Source of the DNA: Paraspadella gotoi
Taxonomy: Eukaryota > Animalia > Chaetognatha
Assembly: GCA_051294375.1 (NCBI GenBank)
Contig: CM119271.1
Span: forward strand, 4,262,776 to 4,321,122
Length of the DNA: 58,347 nt
Direction of reading: 5' to 3'
The position numbers and the translations under genes were made by a program. Under the pieces are notes generated by a model. The model did not search any database and was not told where the DNA came from. It worked only from the letters and a program-made list of their open reading frames with translations. This document shows, in pieces, positions 1-14,003 of this stretch (within the stretch, counting starts at the first letter, position 1; each line of letters opens with the position of its first letter).

Positions 1-2456
1 GTCCCAAGCGGACCCTTTTCCATTCCAGCCCGCTCGCTTTTTTCCCGCCTCTCGGATTCTTAGAATTCGCCCTTTTCACCCCCCCCTCACTCCCGCCACC
101 TATCCTAACCCCCCCCTTGTCAAGCCCGCCGTCGCAAATTACAAAGTCGGCGATTCAAAGGCGAAAAAGAGAAACCACGAATTTCCTTCGAGGCGGAAAA
201 TTTCAAAAAGGCCCGCGCTTTTTTTTTTCTTTCTTCGGGGCGCCGAACACTCTCTCTCTCTCTCTTTCTCTCTCTCGTCTCTCTCATCTCTCTCTCTCTC
301 TCATCGTCTCTCTCTCTCTCCTCTCTCTCTCTCCTCCGCTCTCTTTTTCGCTCTCAGAAGATTATCCTTTCGAAAATTCGCTCAAGAAGCTCGAGTCTAT
401 TTTCAAAAGACGCCATCTTGAATCGCGGAATATTTTGATACTAGAGAGGAATCTTGTGATATCGGCGTGATCGTGTGATACTAGCTTCATATTTTGATAC
501 TTGTATTAACCATCTCCTCCTTTCCCTAAAATAGTTACATTCAAATGACACTCGTTCATCGGTTCTCGTAAAATCTAGCAGAATTCTTCCTCCATTTTTT
601 AAAAAATATTAATCGAAACTAGACCAGAATAATCAATCGACGGTTCTATCGCAATCCACCATTTTTTTTTAATTCATTGTGTTAAAATACCGCGCGGACA
701 ATATAGAATTTTTCATTCCCCGGTAGCAGAAACCGTCTTCCCTGTATCCCAGTGCGAAAAAAACTTGGAAACGATCGCGTTATGCAAATGTCTTTTCTTT
801 TTTTCTCTCTCTCTCCTTTCCTTCAATCGATGGGGCATTGAAATTGAGGTTTGGAATTCGAATCGTTTCTAATCGCTCTCTGGAAATCCTTTTGCGGCAA
901 AGGAGAATCGTTTTTGCGCCAAAGGGAAGCGTTTTGCGGCAAAGGAGAATTGTTATGCGTCAAAGACGAAATGATAGGCGTCAAAATGAATCATTTTGCG
1001 CCAAAGGTTTTCGGTTCCGCCTAAAATGGAATCCATGCCATTCTTTATGCAAGAAAAATATATCTGCGTCACACGTAATGTTTCCAAGTGACTCACAATT
1101 GTTCTGCGTCATCGAGCGTCATACAAAATCGTTCTGTATCAAAAGAANNNNNNNNNNTGAAAAAAAAAAGAGACCGTACTACTCGCGGGGAGAATTGTGA
1201 AAAGAAAAGTGAAGAGAACGGGAGTCGCGGCGTACGACGCGAAAGCCAATGGACCGACATGATTTATTCGTTCTGCCTTCGAGTAGCGAAAGGCAAAACA
1301 TGTCGCCGAGTCGAAAAGAGGCGCGCCCGCCAAATAGAAGAGAAAAAAAAATGGCGCCCGGGTGATGAAAAAGAAAGGGAGCCTAACTTCCTAAGGGTTG
1401 GAGTATAACGTAGAAAAAAAAAAGGCGCGTGTAGAAATAGTTGGAAAAGTAGATGAAAAAAAANNNNNNNNNNNNNNNNNNNNNNNNNNNNNNNNNNNNN
1501 NNNNNNNNNNNNNNNNNNNNNNNNNNNNNNNNNNNNNNNNNNNNNNNNNNNNNNNNNNNNNNNNNNNNNNNNNNNNNNNNNNNNNNNNNNNNNNNNNNNN
1601 NNNNNNNNNNNNNNNNNNNNNNNNNNNNNNNNNNNNNNNNNNNNNNNNNNNNNNNNNNNNNNNNNNNNNNNNNNNNNNNNNNNNNNNNNNNNNNNNNNNN
1701 NNNNNNNNNNNNNNNNNNNNNNNNNNNNNNNNNNNNNNNNNNNNNNNNNNNNNNNNNNNNNNNNNNNNNNNNNNNNNNNNNNNNNNNNNNNNNNNNNNNN
1801 NNNNNNNNNNNNNNNNNNNNNNNNNNNNNNNNNNNNNNNNNNNNNNNNNNNNNNNNNNNNNNNNNNNNNNNNNNNNNNNNNNNNNNNNNNNNNNNNNNNN
1901 NNNNNNNNNNNNNNNNNNNNNNNNNNNNNNNNNNNNNNNNNNNNNNNNNNNNNNNNNNNNNNNNNNNNNNNNNNNNNNNNNNNNNNNNNNNNNNNNNNNN
2001 NNNNNNNNNNNNNNNNNNNNNNNNNNNNNNNNNNNNNNNNNNNNNNNNNNNNNNNNNNNNNNNNNNNNNNNNNNNNNNNNNNNNNNNNNNNNNNNNNNNN
2101 NNNNNNNNNNNNNNNNNNNNNNNNNNNNNNNNNNNNNNNNNNNNNNNNNNNNNNNNNNNNNNNNNNNNNNNNNNNNNNNNNNNNNNNNNNNNNNNNNNNN
2201 NNNNNNNNNNNNNNNNNNNNNNNNNNNNNNNNNNNNNNNNNNNNNNNNNNNNNNNNNNNNNNNNNNNNNNNNNNNNNNNNNNNNNNNNNNNNNNNNNNNN
2301 NNNNNNNNNNNNNNNNNNNNNNNNNNNNNNNNNNNNNNNNNNNNNNNNNNNNNNNNNNNNNNNNNNNNNNNNNNNNNNNNNNNNNNNNNNGGTAACGTTT
2401 TTCTCAGAATTTCTCTTCCATAAATTCAGATTTTAAGCTTAAACTGATGCAATTTC

Positions 2457-3537
2457 TTTTGATACAGAACGATTTGTATGACGCTCGATGACGCAGAACA
2501 ATTGTGAGTCACTTGGAAACATTACGTGTGACGCAGATATATTTTTCTTGCATAAAGAATGGCATGGATTCCATTTTAGGCGGAACCGAAAACCTTTGGC
2601 GCAAAATGGATCATTTTGACGCCTATCATTTCGTCTTTGACGCATTAACAATTCTCCTTTGCCGCAAAACGCTTCCCTTTGGCGCAAAAACGATTCTCCT
2701 TTGCGCGCAAAAGGATTTCCAGAGAGCGATTAGAAACGATTCGAATTCCAAACCTCAATTTCAATGCCCCATCGATTGAAGGAAAGGAGAGAGAGAGAAA
2801 AAAAGAAAAGACATTTGCATAACGCGTCGTTTCCAAGTTTTTTCGCACTGGGAATACAGGAAGACGGTTTCTGCTACCGGGGAATGAAAAAGTTCTATAT
2901 TGATCCGCGCGGTATTTTAACACAATGAATTAAAAAAAAAATGGTGGATTGCGATAGAACCGTGATTGATTATTCTGGTCTAGTTTCGATTAATATTTTT
3001 TAAAAAAATGGAGGAAGAACTTTGGCTAGATTTTACGAGAACGATGAACGAGTGTCATTTGAATGTAACTATTTTAGGGAAAGGAGGAGATGGTTAATAC
3101 AAGGTATAAAAATATGAAGCTAGTATCACACGATCACGCCGATATCACAAGATTCCTCTCTAGTATCAAAATATTCCGCGATTCAAGATGGCGTCTTTTG
3201 AAATAGACTCGAGGCTTCTTGAGCGAATTTTCGAAAGGAAATCTTCTGAGAGCGAAAGGTCCCAAGCGGACCCCTTTTCCATTCCACCCGCTCGCTTTTT
3301 TCCCGCCTCTCGAGATTCTTAGAATTCGCCCTTTTCACCCCCCCCTCACTCCCGCCACTATCCTACCTACCCCCCTTGTCAAGCCCGCCGTCGCAAATTA
3401 CAAAGTCGGCGATTCAAAGGCCGAAAAAGAGAAACCACGAATTTCCTTCGAGGCGGAAAAGTTTCAAAAAGGCCCGCGCTTTTTTTTTTCTTTCTTCGGG
3501 GCGCCGAACACTCTCTCTCTCTCTCTTTCTCTCTCTC

Positions 3538-3590
<53 letters not shown>
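2457..3590. repeat. Rearranged duplicate of 1-1147: inverted copy of ~345-1147 (2457-3258) followed by direct copy of 1-~335 (3259-3590)
   Basis: 3175-3258 is the reverse complement of 345-430, and GTCCCAAGCGGACC restarts at 3259. Confidence 0.88.
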
Positions 3591-4170
3591 TTTACTACTT
3601 TTTATTACTTTTCTCGTAATTGTAGATTTAACTAAAAGTTTTAGTTAATTCTACAATTACGAGAATAAATCCAACGTTCAATGTCAAAACACTTGTGCAA
3701 CTATTGATCTCAAAATCATAGATCTGAATTTTCATTCTGAATTTTCATACTCAATCCTCACAATATCACAATTCGCCTCTCCCGCTTTGTGAAACTGAAT
3801 GAGGTTGAAATCGTTTTTCAAATCGGAAAAAACGAGATATCGTTTATCGATGAATGGAAAATGAAAATCCGGTATCAGATATCGATTTTTTTTTATCCTC
3901 TTCTTTATTCAATTCATAATACTTAATCAATATTCAAATCCTAATGAAGTTAATCAAATGACGAATAAATTTTGCAAAGTCGTCTCAAATTTTAAAAAAA
4001 AAATTCTCCTTTTTTTCCTCAAGACGAAGAAAACTCACTTAGATTTATCAACGAAAAAAAACCAATTTTATTTCTGATTCTAATCCCTTTCTATCCGCTT
4101 TTGTTGAGAGAGAGAGAGAGAGATGAGAGAAGAAGAGAGAGAGAGAGAGAAGAGAGAGGAGAGAGAGGAG

Positions 4171-4209
<39 letters not shown>

Positions 4210-5246
4210 TTTCGTCGAATCGGCAATAAAACTCTGAGGATATCTCCTCAGAAACGTAAACTTACTCTCGTTTCTAAAGGGAAAAACTTACCCATTAACT
4301 CTTAAACTCGACTATTAAAACTTTTTTTTATCTCAACGAGCTAATTTCCCCTTTTTATCTCTCTCTCGCTCCGCCCTTCTTTTTTTTATCGTTTCGCGGC
4401 GCCCTCTTCTCAAATCTCTCTCTTTNNNNNNNNNNNNNNNNNNNNNNNNNCAAATTTTTTAAAAAAAAATTCTCCTTTTTTTCCTCAAGACGAAGAAACT
4501 CATTAGATTATCAACGAAAAAAAACCAATTTTATTTCTGATTCTAATCCCTTTCTATCGNNNNNNNNNNNNNNNNNNNNNNNNNNNNNNNNNNNNNNNNN
4601 NNNNNNNNNNNNNNNNNNNNNNNNNNNNNNNNNNNNNNNNNNNNNNNNNNNNNNNNNNNNNNNNNNNNNNNNNNNNNNNNNNNNNNNNNNNNNNNNNNNN
4701 NNNNNNNNNNNNNNNNNNNNNNNNNNNNNNNNNNNNNNNNNNNNNNNNNNNNNNNNNNNNNNNNNNNNNNNNNNNNNNNNNNNNNNNNNNNNNNNNNNNN
4801 NNNNNNNNNNNNNNNNNTGAGGATATCTCCTCAGAAACGTAAACTTACTCTCGTTTCTAAAGGGAAAAACTTACCCATTAACTCTTAAACTCGACTATTA
4901 AAACTTTTTTTTTATCTCNNNNNNNNNNGGGGCACGATGCAAGATGGAGCAGAAGGGATGAACGTATGGACGTGGCGCGGTTTGTATGGTGACGCTTTTT
5001 CCACCGGATTCTCCCCTACCGAGGTGATTATATTTGACAAAGGTTTGGCGCCGGTAAGACGCCCATTCGACGCGGGTTTGGCGCCAATTTGACGTAGGTT
5101 TGACGCCCATTTGACGCCGAATCTGCGAATAGTTCTCCCGCCCGTCCCCATCGCCACGTTATGGCGTCTTACAGTTATGACGCGCATTAAAATTTTATTA
5201 CGACGATTATGGGGGCGATTATGGAGGAGGAGAGAGGGAGAGAGGG

Positions 5247-5286
<40 letters not shown>

Positions 5287-5297
5287 AGAGAGGAGAG

Positions 5298-5332
<35 letters not shown>

Positions 5333-5338
<6 letters not shown>

Positions 5339-5750
5339 AGACGAACCAAATTTTTATAAAAAGCGGATCGATAAAAAGCGGTCAAGGAATTCATTAAATT
5401 GATTAAAAAAAATTAAATAATAGATAAGAAAAGTCGCTCGAAGGATATAAGCTATAAGCGTCTTCATTTTAAAAATAAAACAAATTGGGGTGATAAACAG
5501 ATTAATATAAAGTTTTGTTTATTTTTTTTTAACTTAAAAAACTTATTAAATGAGAGACGGGAAAAATTTTATAAAAGGCGGTCGGGATAAAAGCGTCTAA
5601 TAGGATTGATTTAATTGATTCAAAAAAAATCAAATAATAGAAAAGTCGTTTGAAGGTTATAAGCTATAAGATCTTAATTTATAATAAAACATGTCGTGAT
5701 AAACAGACAATATAAAGTTTGTTTATTTTTTTTAACTAAAAACTTATTAA
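5333..5750. repeat. Diverged tandem dimer of an ~210-bp AT-rich unit (also 14340-14596 and inverted at ~16025-16447)
   Basis: ATGAGAGACG...TATAAAA.GCGG...GAAAAGTCG...TATAAGCTATAAG...TGATAAACAGA...AACTTATTAA occurs twice in tandem. Confidence 0.75.
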
Positions 5751-5904
5751 CAATTTTACGAAAAAGTACGAAAAAAATGTCAAAAATTTGTGCGATGAGA
5801 GAGAGAGAGAGGAGAGAGAATATTTGGAAAAAAGACGAGATTGCAAATGAAAGTTCCAGAAGGAGAACTGATAGAATTGGTTGGAAACGACACCATGAAC
5901 CATG

Positions 5905-6265
5905 GGGAGGAGGGAGGAGAGAGGAGGAGGAGGAGGAGGAGGAGGAGGAGGAGGAAGAGGAAATTACGAAGACGAGAGGAAAGAAGAAGAAGGAAGAAGA
6001 AGGAGAAGAAGGAGGAAGAAGGGAGGAAGAGGAGGAAGAAGACGCCGACGTTCGAAAAGGGAATCGGATCGCGTAGGTAGGAAGGGAGGAAAGGAGAAGA
6101 AAAGAAGAAAAGAAAAAAAAAGAAAACGAAGGCAAGAAAAAAAAAACAAAGAAGGAAAGGAAATGTATTAAATAGAAAGTATAAAAGAAAGAATATAAAG
6201 GAAATCAAAAAGGAAAGGAGGAATAAGGAAGTAATGAAGGGAGGAAAGTAAAAAGGAGACGAGGG
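5905..6265. repeat. (GAG/GAA)n purine-rich low-complexity tract
   Basis: Direct inspection; inverted copy at ~15500-15860. Confidence 0.9.
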
Positions 6266-7356
6266 GGGAAAATAGAATATAGGTTTTAGTCAAAGATATG
6301 GAGCAGTCAAAACTAATGAGTGAGATAAAAATGAAGATCGGATGCAGTTTGTCAACTTAACTACGATCTTAAAAGCATTTCATTGCATTTTTGAATTATT
6401 TTTTTTGCCATCTTTTGTTTTTCCATGTTTGTTAGTCCATAGTAGCTAGATGTCGCAAGCGTCATACCCAAAAATGATATAAAACAAATGAGCACTGAAG
6501 CCGGGTTAATGCTAAAAAGTTTAATTTCTGAATATAAAATATCTGTTACCTCGACTCGAGTGTTAAATTTGTTTTTGTTATAAATTAAAAAGTTAGAATT
6601 CGTCATGCTGGTTTATCAAGAAAGAAAGAGCAAAAAGGAACTTTTGGATTTTTTTCTCTATGTTGCATCATGATTGTTGTTGATATCTATCTACAAAAAG
6701 ATATTAATGTAATTGTCAGAGCATCAGATAATATAACATAGTCAAACGACAAACGAACGAAAATCCTTTTAACACCGTCTGATCCAAGATTTCTTCGTTG
6801 AACGATCGGCCTCATCTTGTATCGGATACGACTGATTATTGAATTCACCGGTCACGAATTTACAGATATTTACGTCAGTAAAAGAAAGAAATTTCAAGTC
6901 GAAAAAAGCACGACGACTAAATAATTTTTTCCATTAAACAAAAACCAACAACTTTCAAAAATTCTGCGGGATCGAAGTGTGGATTGCAATAATAATCAAT
7001 AGCTTCGTTAAAGTCTGAAAATTTATAACAGTATAAAATTAAAATTTTTAAAGCTTTCTCAAATTTATTGGGTTGCCACCCCGAAATCCTTATCACTGAC
7101 TGACCCGTCTGACCAAAAAAACTTTTTGTAACGAGACGCGTTGATGCATTTAAATAAAATTCGTGAATGAGCCTCGTTACCTTCCATTGCAAGTCGCAAA
7201 TCGACCGAGGGATGAATCACTTGAATCAGTCTAAAAATAACATCGCCACCCGGATTTCTCTCGATCTTAATTTCGGCAGATAAGGGTCGAAATCAAATTT
7301 AGAATTTGCTTTGTTTGTATTTTAATTCGACGTTGTCTGGTTCCGATTCCATCGCA

Positions 7357-9548
7357 ATGGTCGCCCCGTCTCAGACCAGTTTCTCTTCCTTCAAGCGCTC
7401 GTCATTCTGCGAACACCTGTTGAATGCGACGTGGTAGAAGCCCTACGCCAAACGCCACGACAAACCCATCTTCGATCCTTCGATCCTGGAAGCGACATCT
7501 TCGTCGTAGATCGAAACCGACGCGTCTACGTGCCAGCGAAGATCGATCAAGCTCGTTCGCGTTATTGACGAAACGGCGCGGAGTTACATTTCGGGTGAGG
7601 AAGACCGCGCCGTCTCGTCGCATTCGTCGATGACAACGACGACGCCGTCTCAGTCGCGCCCAAATTAACGCTCTCCGCGCTGGCGTCGCGGTTTTTGTTA
7701 GAGAAGACGCATTGCAGAAACACGGATGCCACACTTGCTGTTGAAAGGAGTCGTCCTGCGAACGAATATGAGGCGACAGGTTCGATCACAGTCGAGGCGA
7801 AACTCTGCAGCAAATTCCGGCGACAGCGTCCGCGGAACGTATCCGAATAATGAAGCAAATCATCCTGGCTCCCTCGAGTTGATTTCACGGTCAGAAAATA
7901 TAGTCTGTTATATAAGTGTAATAAATATTCAAATTCAAATACGCTTACTTCCTTCTAGCAAAGACTATGCTCGTCAAAGATACACACCAAACTATTACTT
8001 CAAAATGGCCGAAAAAACACACCAACTGCCTTCCTTCGCGCGTTCGGAATGCTGAAGTCCACGTAAGCAAAAGTTTGTTTTCCATGTTTTAACGTAGATT
8101 CTCGGTAAATACTTTCGAAAGTCTATTTAAATTTAATCCTCGGGTACATATTCGAATGTACGATGGACGGACCGAATTGTATCACGTATATCTAAAAATT
8201 TATTCGTTAAGATATGTATGAAGAAATATAATTAAATACAGATAATCAAATACGTTTATTGTTACGGTACTTGGTTCTCAATTTCATTTATCAAATTGAA
8301 GTTAAATATTTTTCTACAGAGGCGTAACCAAGGACAGGAAATGGCGTTCTCTGCGCGTCTCGTCACGATCAAACGAAAAAGATTACGGCCAACTCTACCA
8401 ATTATTGCGTTCCAAACGATCGATAGTTTTACTGAAGCCAAACCGCAGGTTTAACCTCTTTAGAATTTGAACCGTGGATAAGGCGCTAAGTGGGCTGAAG
8501 ATGACTATCCGTAACTTCTATAACCCCCTTTAGTAGCCATGGAACGTGTCTGGCTTGGGAACCAGGCTTGAGGGTTGCCACGCAAGGGTAGGTACCAGTT
8601 AGGATTGACCCAGTACCTAGTGGTCATGAGCTGATGGCAATACTCAATGAGCCACGGGTCAGACTGAGGTGTCATGCTTATAGGCGGGGTGAACCTAGGC
8701 AATGCCGACTACAGTGGTAGCCGACCAAATTCAAATTCAAATTTTAATGGGAACAGCATTGAACAAATCATTATTGGTATTAGTTATTGTTAAAATATTA
8801 TTTTTGGATATTTTTAAGGTTTTTTTAATTGATTCTGATAGAGCTTAAAAAAGTTAAGGCAAAAAATGTAATATATACTTCTTAAAATTTTGATGTTTAT
8901 TACTGAAAATTAGCAAAACTGTTAAAATCATCAGATGATGATTTTTCCAATTTTGACCCACTTTTCATCAAAATATTGGAGAAAGAATTATATTTAGTGC
9001 AGACAACTTTTTATAAGCTATCTACATCTGCTTTTTAAAAATATAAAATTTAGAAAATTTTTTTTAACATTCCCTATCTATACAATATTAAAAAATTAAT
9101 TTACTAGTGCTTCTTAGCAATTTTAGAAAAGTTTTCTCCATAAATGTATGAAGTTTCATTTTGGAAAGGTTCCCAAATCAACTTGACCCACCGCCATTGG
9201 ACATAGATTGTCCTAAGTTTTTTTTTGTAGGTTTTTGGACATCTACTATTATATCAATATACCTGCAAAGTTAAAACTTTTTTCCAGTTGGATTTTTTTG
9301 TTCTCTTCAAATTGACGAGGGCTCATGGAAATCAGTCAACTCGGTCTATGAGCGGCATCAAAAACTTGACAAAAAGTGTGGTACCTCCAGTGGCTATTTA
9401 TCAAAGATGAAGACTCGACGAGCTGCTCGAGTGCACCTTCCGACCCAAATCGTCGATTTTTGCGAAAACATCAGGACGGTGAACTGACGACGACGAGACG
9501 AAGCTGACGAGACAAATCTGACGACGTTGAAGAAAACGATCGTTGGGG
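7357..9548 (+). pseudogene. Second, frameshifted copy of exons 1-4 of the membrane-protein gene (probably the other haplotype or an uncorrected read)
   Basis: Colinear with 20696-22933, with many 1-nt indels and the same splice sites. Confidence 0.65.
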
Positions 9549-10068
9549 TAAGTTAAAACCGATTCCTTATAGTAAAATAATAATTAATTTTGTACTTTGC
9601 TTCTTGTTTTTGTTTGTTAATGATAGTTGATACACCGTTTCGGGAACGTTTCGTTAATTAGCTTTCATAAACATAATTCTCCCATGCGAGATCGTCATGT
9701 CAAATTGATTAAACTTAGTTATAAAAGACAAAAGCGCCGAGGAAGCTGTAATGTAAAGCCGAAAAAAGTATTAAATGCGAAGTCTTTTACCAATAACGAT
9801 GGTTTTAATTTATCTCAAACTTAATTACTTAATTACGTATAATTTTTGGAACTGACTTAACACGAAAAAATGAAACGAAAATGGGGAATCGTAAAAGAAT
9901 AAAAATGATTTAATTCAGTTTAATCAAGCATTCTTCAAATTAAATTGATAAAAACGCAGAACACATTGTCCTATCGTAACTTACTTCAGAATTCGTTGGA
10001 CAATTGAAATAAGACTATATTAACGAAATATCAGGCGCAATAACGTTTAAAAAAAGCCCCCCGCACAC

Positions 10069-13000
10069 GTCAAGGAACCCACGTCCCCACGTCCTCGTAA
10101 CGCCCTCGACGGCCTTTCGCAGCGGCCTCTGGACGCCATTCCGCGTAAAGGTTTTCCCTTGGGCTGCCGCGAAGATTTTTCCGCGAAGCCGATCGTCCAT
10201 AAGAGAGTGCCGCGCACGGTGAAGATCTGATGGTTGAAGCAAAAGTCGCCCAAACCGCAGTTGCTGCGGCCAGTAGACGGCGGAGACTTCGAAGCGTCGA
10301 ACGCGGGGCGGGGGGGCCCTTTTGACCCCCCGAAAAAATTTCGGAAAGGAACTTTCCCCCCCCCGGTTAGTTGGCCTATCCCATGTTACAAAGTTTTTTT
10401 CCCCCGGCCCCCGGTTGACCGCTGTCGCGATCAAAGTCTTCTGGAGCTTTGGATGTGATTTCCTAAGGAAGGAAAGGGGGGGGAAGTTTAAGCGTGACTA
10501 ATTGAAGCTTGTAAAATTGACAGGGTCCTCGATCATAGAAAGTTAAACACACGAACGAGAACAGTTGTTAATTCTTAATTATAGTAAATACTTATTTTTT
10601 TTTTCCGCCTAATATTTTGGAAGTTTACGATGAAACTAAACACACTAAACTGATGAATAAAACGAATTATGAGGACATTTACGTTATTCTCACTAAATTT
10701 TTATATTTTATAATTTAATTTTGTATTTGAATTATACTGTTATTCGAGAACAAAAGGAATTAAGGTGGACTAATCCACCAACCGTTTCATCCAGCGCCAT
10801 TGTGCCGGAGGCAAGTCATTCCCGCCTCCCTACCCAAAGGTCCGGGTTCAAGCCCGGTGGTCGCCTCGCAGTTAAGAGAGACGAAGGAATTTAACCTGCC
10901 TGTAACACAGTGTTTACAGCCTAATCGCGAAGTTCAGGGACTGCCTTATATTGAACGGTTCTGTCAAATAACATAACAATAATTACATGTCTCTTCGAAT
11001 AGAATTTTATATTTGCAGGAATAGTTGATTTATTTGTGACAACGATTCATTTTAATTTTAGTTTAGAAACGGACATGTTCGGCTTAGTTTTACAAGCCTT
11101 CATCAGGCGTGACAAGCCGAAAACATGTCGTTTCTAACTGAAATTAAATGAAATGTTGTCACAAATAAATCAAATTATCTTGCAAATTCTTAAAGCAACG
11201 AAAACGAAAGGATTACTCAATAATTTTTATATTTAAAATAAAACCAATTTCTGTTTTTCCCAAACCAATTTTAAACTACTATACAATGAACCACTTATTA
11301 ATCATGAGTATCATCATATATGGATGAACCACACCCTCATCTTTACTCGAGCCAACATTCGGGAAAAGTCTCAAAGAGTAAGCGTTATCCCTTGGCCGTT
11401 CTGTTTTCCACGGGCCCATTCCTCTTGCTCCGATGCACCTCGTCGCTCATCGACTTTGGCAGATCCCAAGGATTTCTCCACGCCGCCCTCGTCCCGTTTC
11501 GTCGTCGGACATGGGATCGACCCCTGCAGAGTAATAGTCGAAGATCGCTGTCCAGCAGCGGGAGGCTGTTTGAACCCTCGCACGCTCTCGTGTAATTGAT
11601 TGCGGGATCTTTAATCAACGGCGGAGGCTCCTGAGACTCCTCCAAGAGCAGGCAGCCTCAGCATACGCAACCTGCGCCATGCCTGACACTGCCTGCAGCG
11701 TTCCGTGCAGCTTGCAGTTTGTGAACTCTGCAGCGGCGAGCAGCGCGTCGAGTTCGTGGGAGAAGTTTAAGAAGACGAAATTAAGTTTTGGGATGCGTTG
11801 ACAGCCGCGGCGTGACAGAAAAATGTCGTCAAAGAAATTAAAGAGCAAGGCGGGCTGCGGCGGTGCAATCGGAAAAAGAAAAAATCAAAGTGATACTTGG
11901 AAAACGCGAAACTTCTGCTGTAGTGCGGTCAGACCCATGTTTTCATGCCGAGAATTTTCTCGCATAGGACTGATTCATTTTCGTTGGGTGTACCGTGGCG
12001 CTGTGAAGGGCTGGAAGGAAACCGAAGGGTTGAGAAGTAAAATCGTAAACATTTATTTCCTTAAAAAAAAAACGCAACAAATACTATGGAGAAAAATCTC
12101 ACTTGCAAACTTTACTCCATCTTGGCATAAAACAACAAGCTCTTTACAAATAGCCATAGCCGATAAAAATTTAAACCTGCTAATGTATACAGCGTTAAAA
12201 TAATCTATCAATCTTTAAAATATTTTTTGTTAAAAATTACTTTATGAGGTAACTAGCCTAATTAAAATTATTAATATTACCAATAAAAGAAAAACAAATT
12301 TGAAACGAATTTTTTTGATGGATAATGATAGAGCATAATAAAGTTAAAACAAGAAATATAATTACAGTTTTTAAAAAATTTTTACGTTTCTCAATAAAAA
12401 TATAAAAAAAACCGATAAAATCATCCAAGGATGAAATGATGTTTTTTAATGGTTTTTTATATTTTTTGACGCTACTTATCATAAAAATTTTAAAAAGAAG
12501 AATTATACTTAGTGCAAGACAACTTTTATGAGCTATCATGAATCTGGTCTTAAATAATTCCAATCTATAAAATAAATATTAAAAACAAATTATTACTGGG
12601 TGATAGAGCCATTTAAGAATTTTTTGTTGTCCATTGAAAAAGTACGCTTAAAATGTATAAATTTTCGTTTGAGCTGTACTCGCTCTAAATTTTTTTTTTG
12701 ACTCGCACCATCGAGTGGGGCTACCCTACTTTAAATCGTCTCTGCATCGCGCCTCTATTACTCACCACTTCCGACTTAATTGTCCATGAGCTGATTCAAA
12801 AACTTCATCGTCGAATTAGTCCGTCCGCATGGCGTGATTGAAAGGTAAAGACTAAAAGCCCTTTCGTTGAAAACCGGCCTCGACGCGATCGTTGAGCATT
12901 CTTCACCCTCCAGAGCGGACCCGCTAGACGATCGAAAGGCTTGAGAAGGTCTTCCTCCCATGACCAATTTTCCCAATCGTCCGTCTAACAACACATAAAT

Positions 13001-14003
13001 GGCAAACAATTTTCAATCTCTTCGAAATATAGGAAATCGTTGGGTCAGGCGTGGACTGGGATGCGTTGGCCCCGCTACCAATCCGCTCGAGATTTCATTG
13101 ACGCTCGGTAAATTCATGAGAGATACACTGGCCTCGGAATTATCGCCACGAGATATATTAATCCCGGTTTCTTCACTTGGAACGAGATCCGTTGATCGCA
13201 CGGAACGCGATCTCTCGGTTTCAGATCCATTAGCCCGAGTTTCATTGGAACGAGATTTCTATCGTACCGAGATCATCGTCCCGAGTTCCATGGGGAATGG
13301 CACATGTGCACGTGATTCATTAGCCCGAGTTTCCAGTGAGCGAGGTCTATCGGAACAGATCCAATAGCCGTTAAACCGTGGTCTCGGACCTACTTATCCG
13401 GGAGGCACTTGTCCTGGAGTATTGTTCGCTGGGAATGAAATTTCAGAGGGTTGTTCCATGCACCTGATATCACCAGGATTAGCTCTGCGAATGAGACACC
13501 ATCTGGAGGTAAGGTTCCAAACGGCGGGTCTTGACCTTTGGTCGGGACTCGACCATGTCCCGGGAAATCCCGTGCTTCTCGTCAGAATCGTACCGTCTCT
13601 TCGATCGTCTCCTCTACTCGTTTTCCCCGCCGTTCCCTGGATTTTTCAATCTCCCAGCATCGCATGTTTCAAGTGTGACTCGTTTTAAGCCCCCAATAGC
13701 TCCTCCGGCTCGAGTAACTCTCGGCTCTCCGACGAAAACCGCCACAGAGATGAGCAGGCTGGACCCGCCGCTGCGTTGGCACGTGCTCGAAGCGGGGCCT
13801 TCGTTCGGCTCATGTGGCGCCCGTGCTTCCCCGTCAAAGATTGCGAACGGAGTGAGTTGCTTCGTGTAAGCTTGTGAAAACGTTGGAATGTTAGTTTACA
13901 GACGGCAGCGACGGCGAAAACAAAAATTACCGCTGTGATTAGGAACGAGTTGACGGCTAATGATAAATTATGCTGGGGTTGGGGACGAACAAATCACGTC
14001 CAT
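10069..14003 (-). pseudogene. Second, frameshifted copy of the acyltransferase gene
   Basis: Colinear with 23429-27232. It includes a garbled homopolymer-rich stretch at about 10305-10415 replacing part of exon 3, typical of a low-quality read segment. Confidence 0.65.
11068..11111 (-). ncRNA. Duplicate copy of the hammerhead ribozyme motif (indel-noisy)
   Basis: Same sequence as 24346-24388 in the first copy of the duplicated block, with 1-nt indels. Confidence 0.6.

Noticed and set aside
1398-2436. Long ORFs of about 130-340 aa made of X residues (also 14582-15482, 57645-58134)
   Set aside because: They consist of N gaps.
10305-10415. Apparent novel insertion in exon 3 of acyltransferase copy 1
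   Set aside because: Reads as a homopolymer-stuttered version of the clean sequence at 23660-23716; low-quality read artefact.
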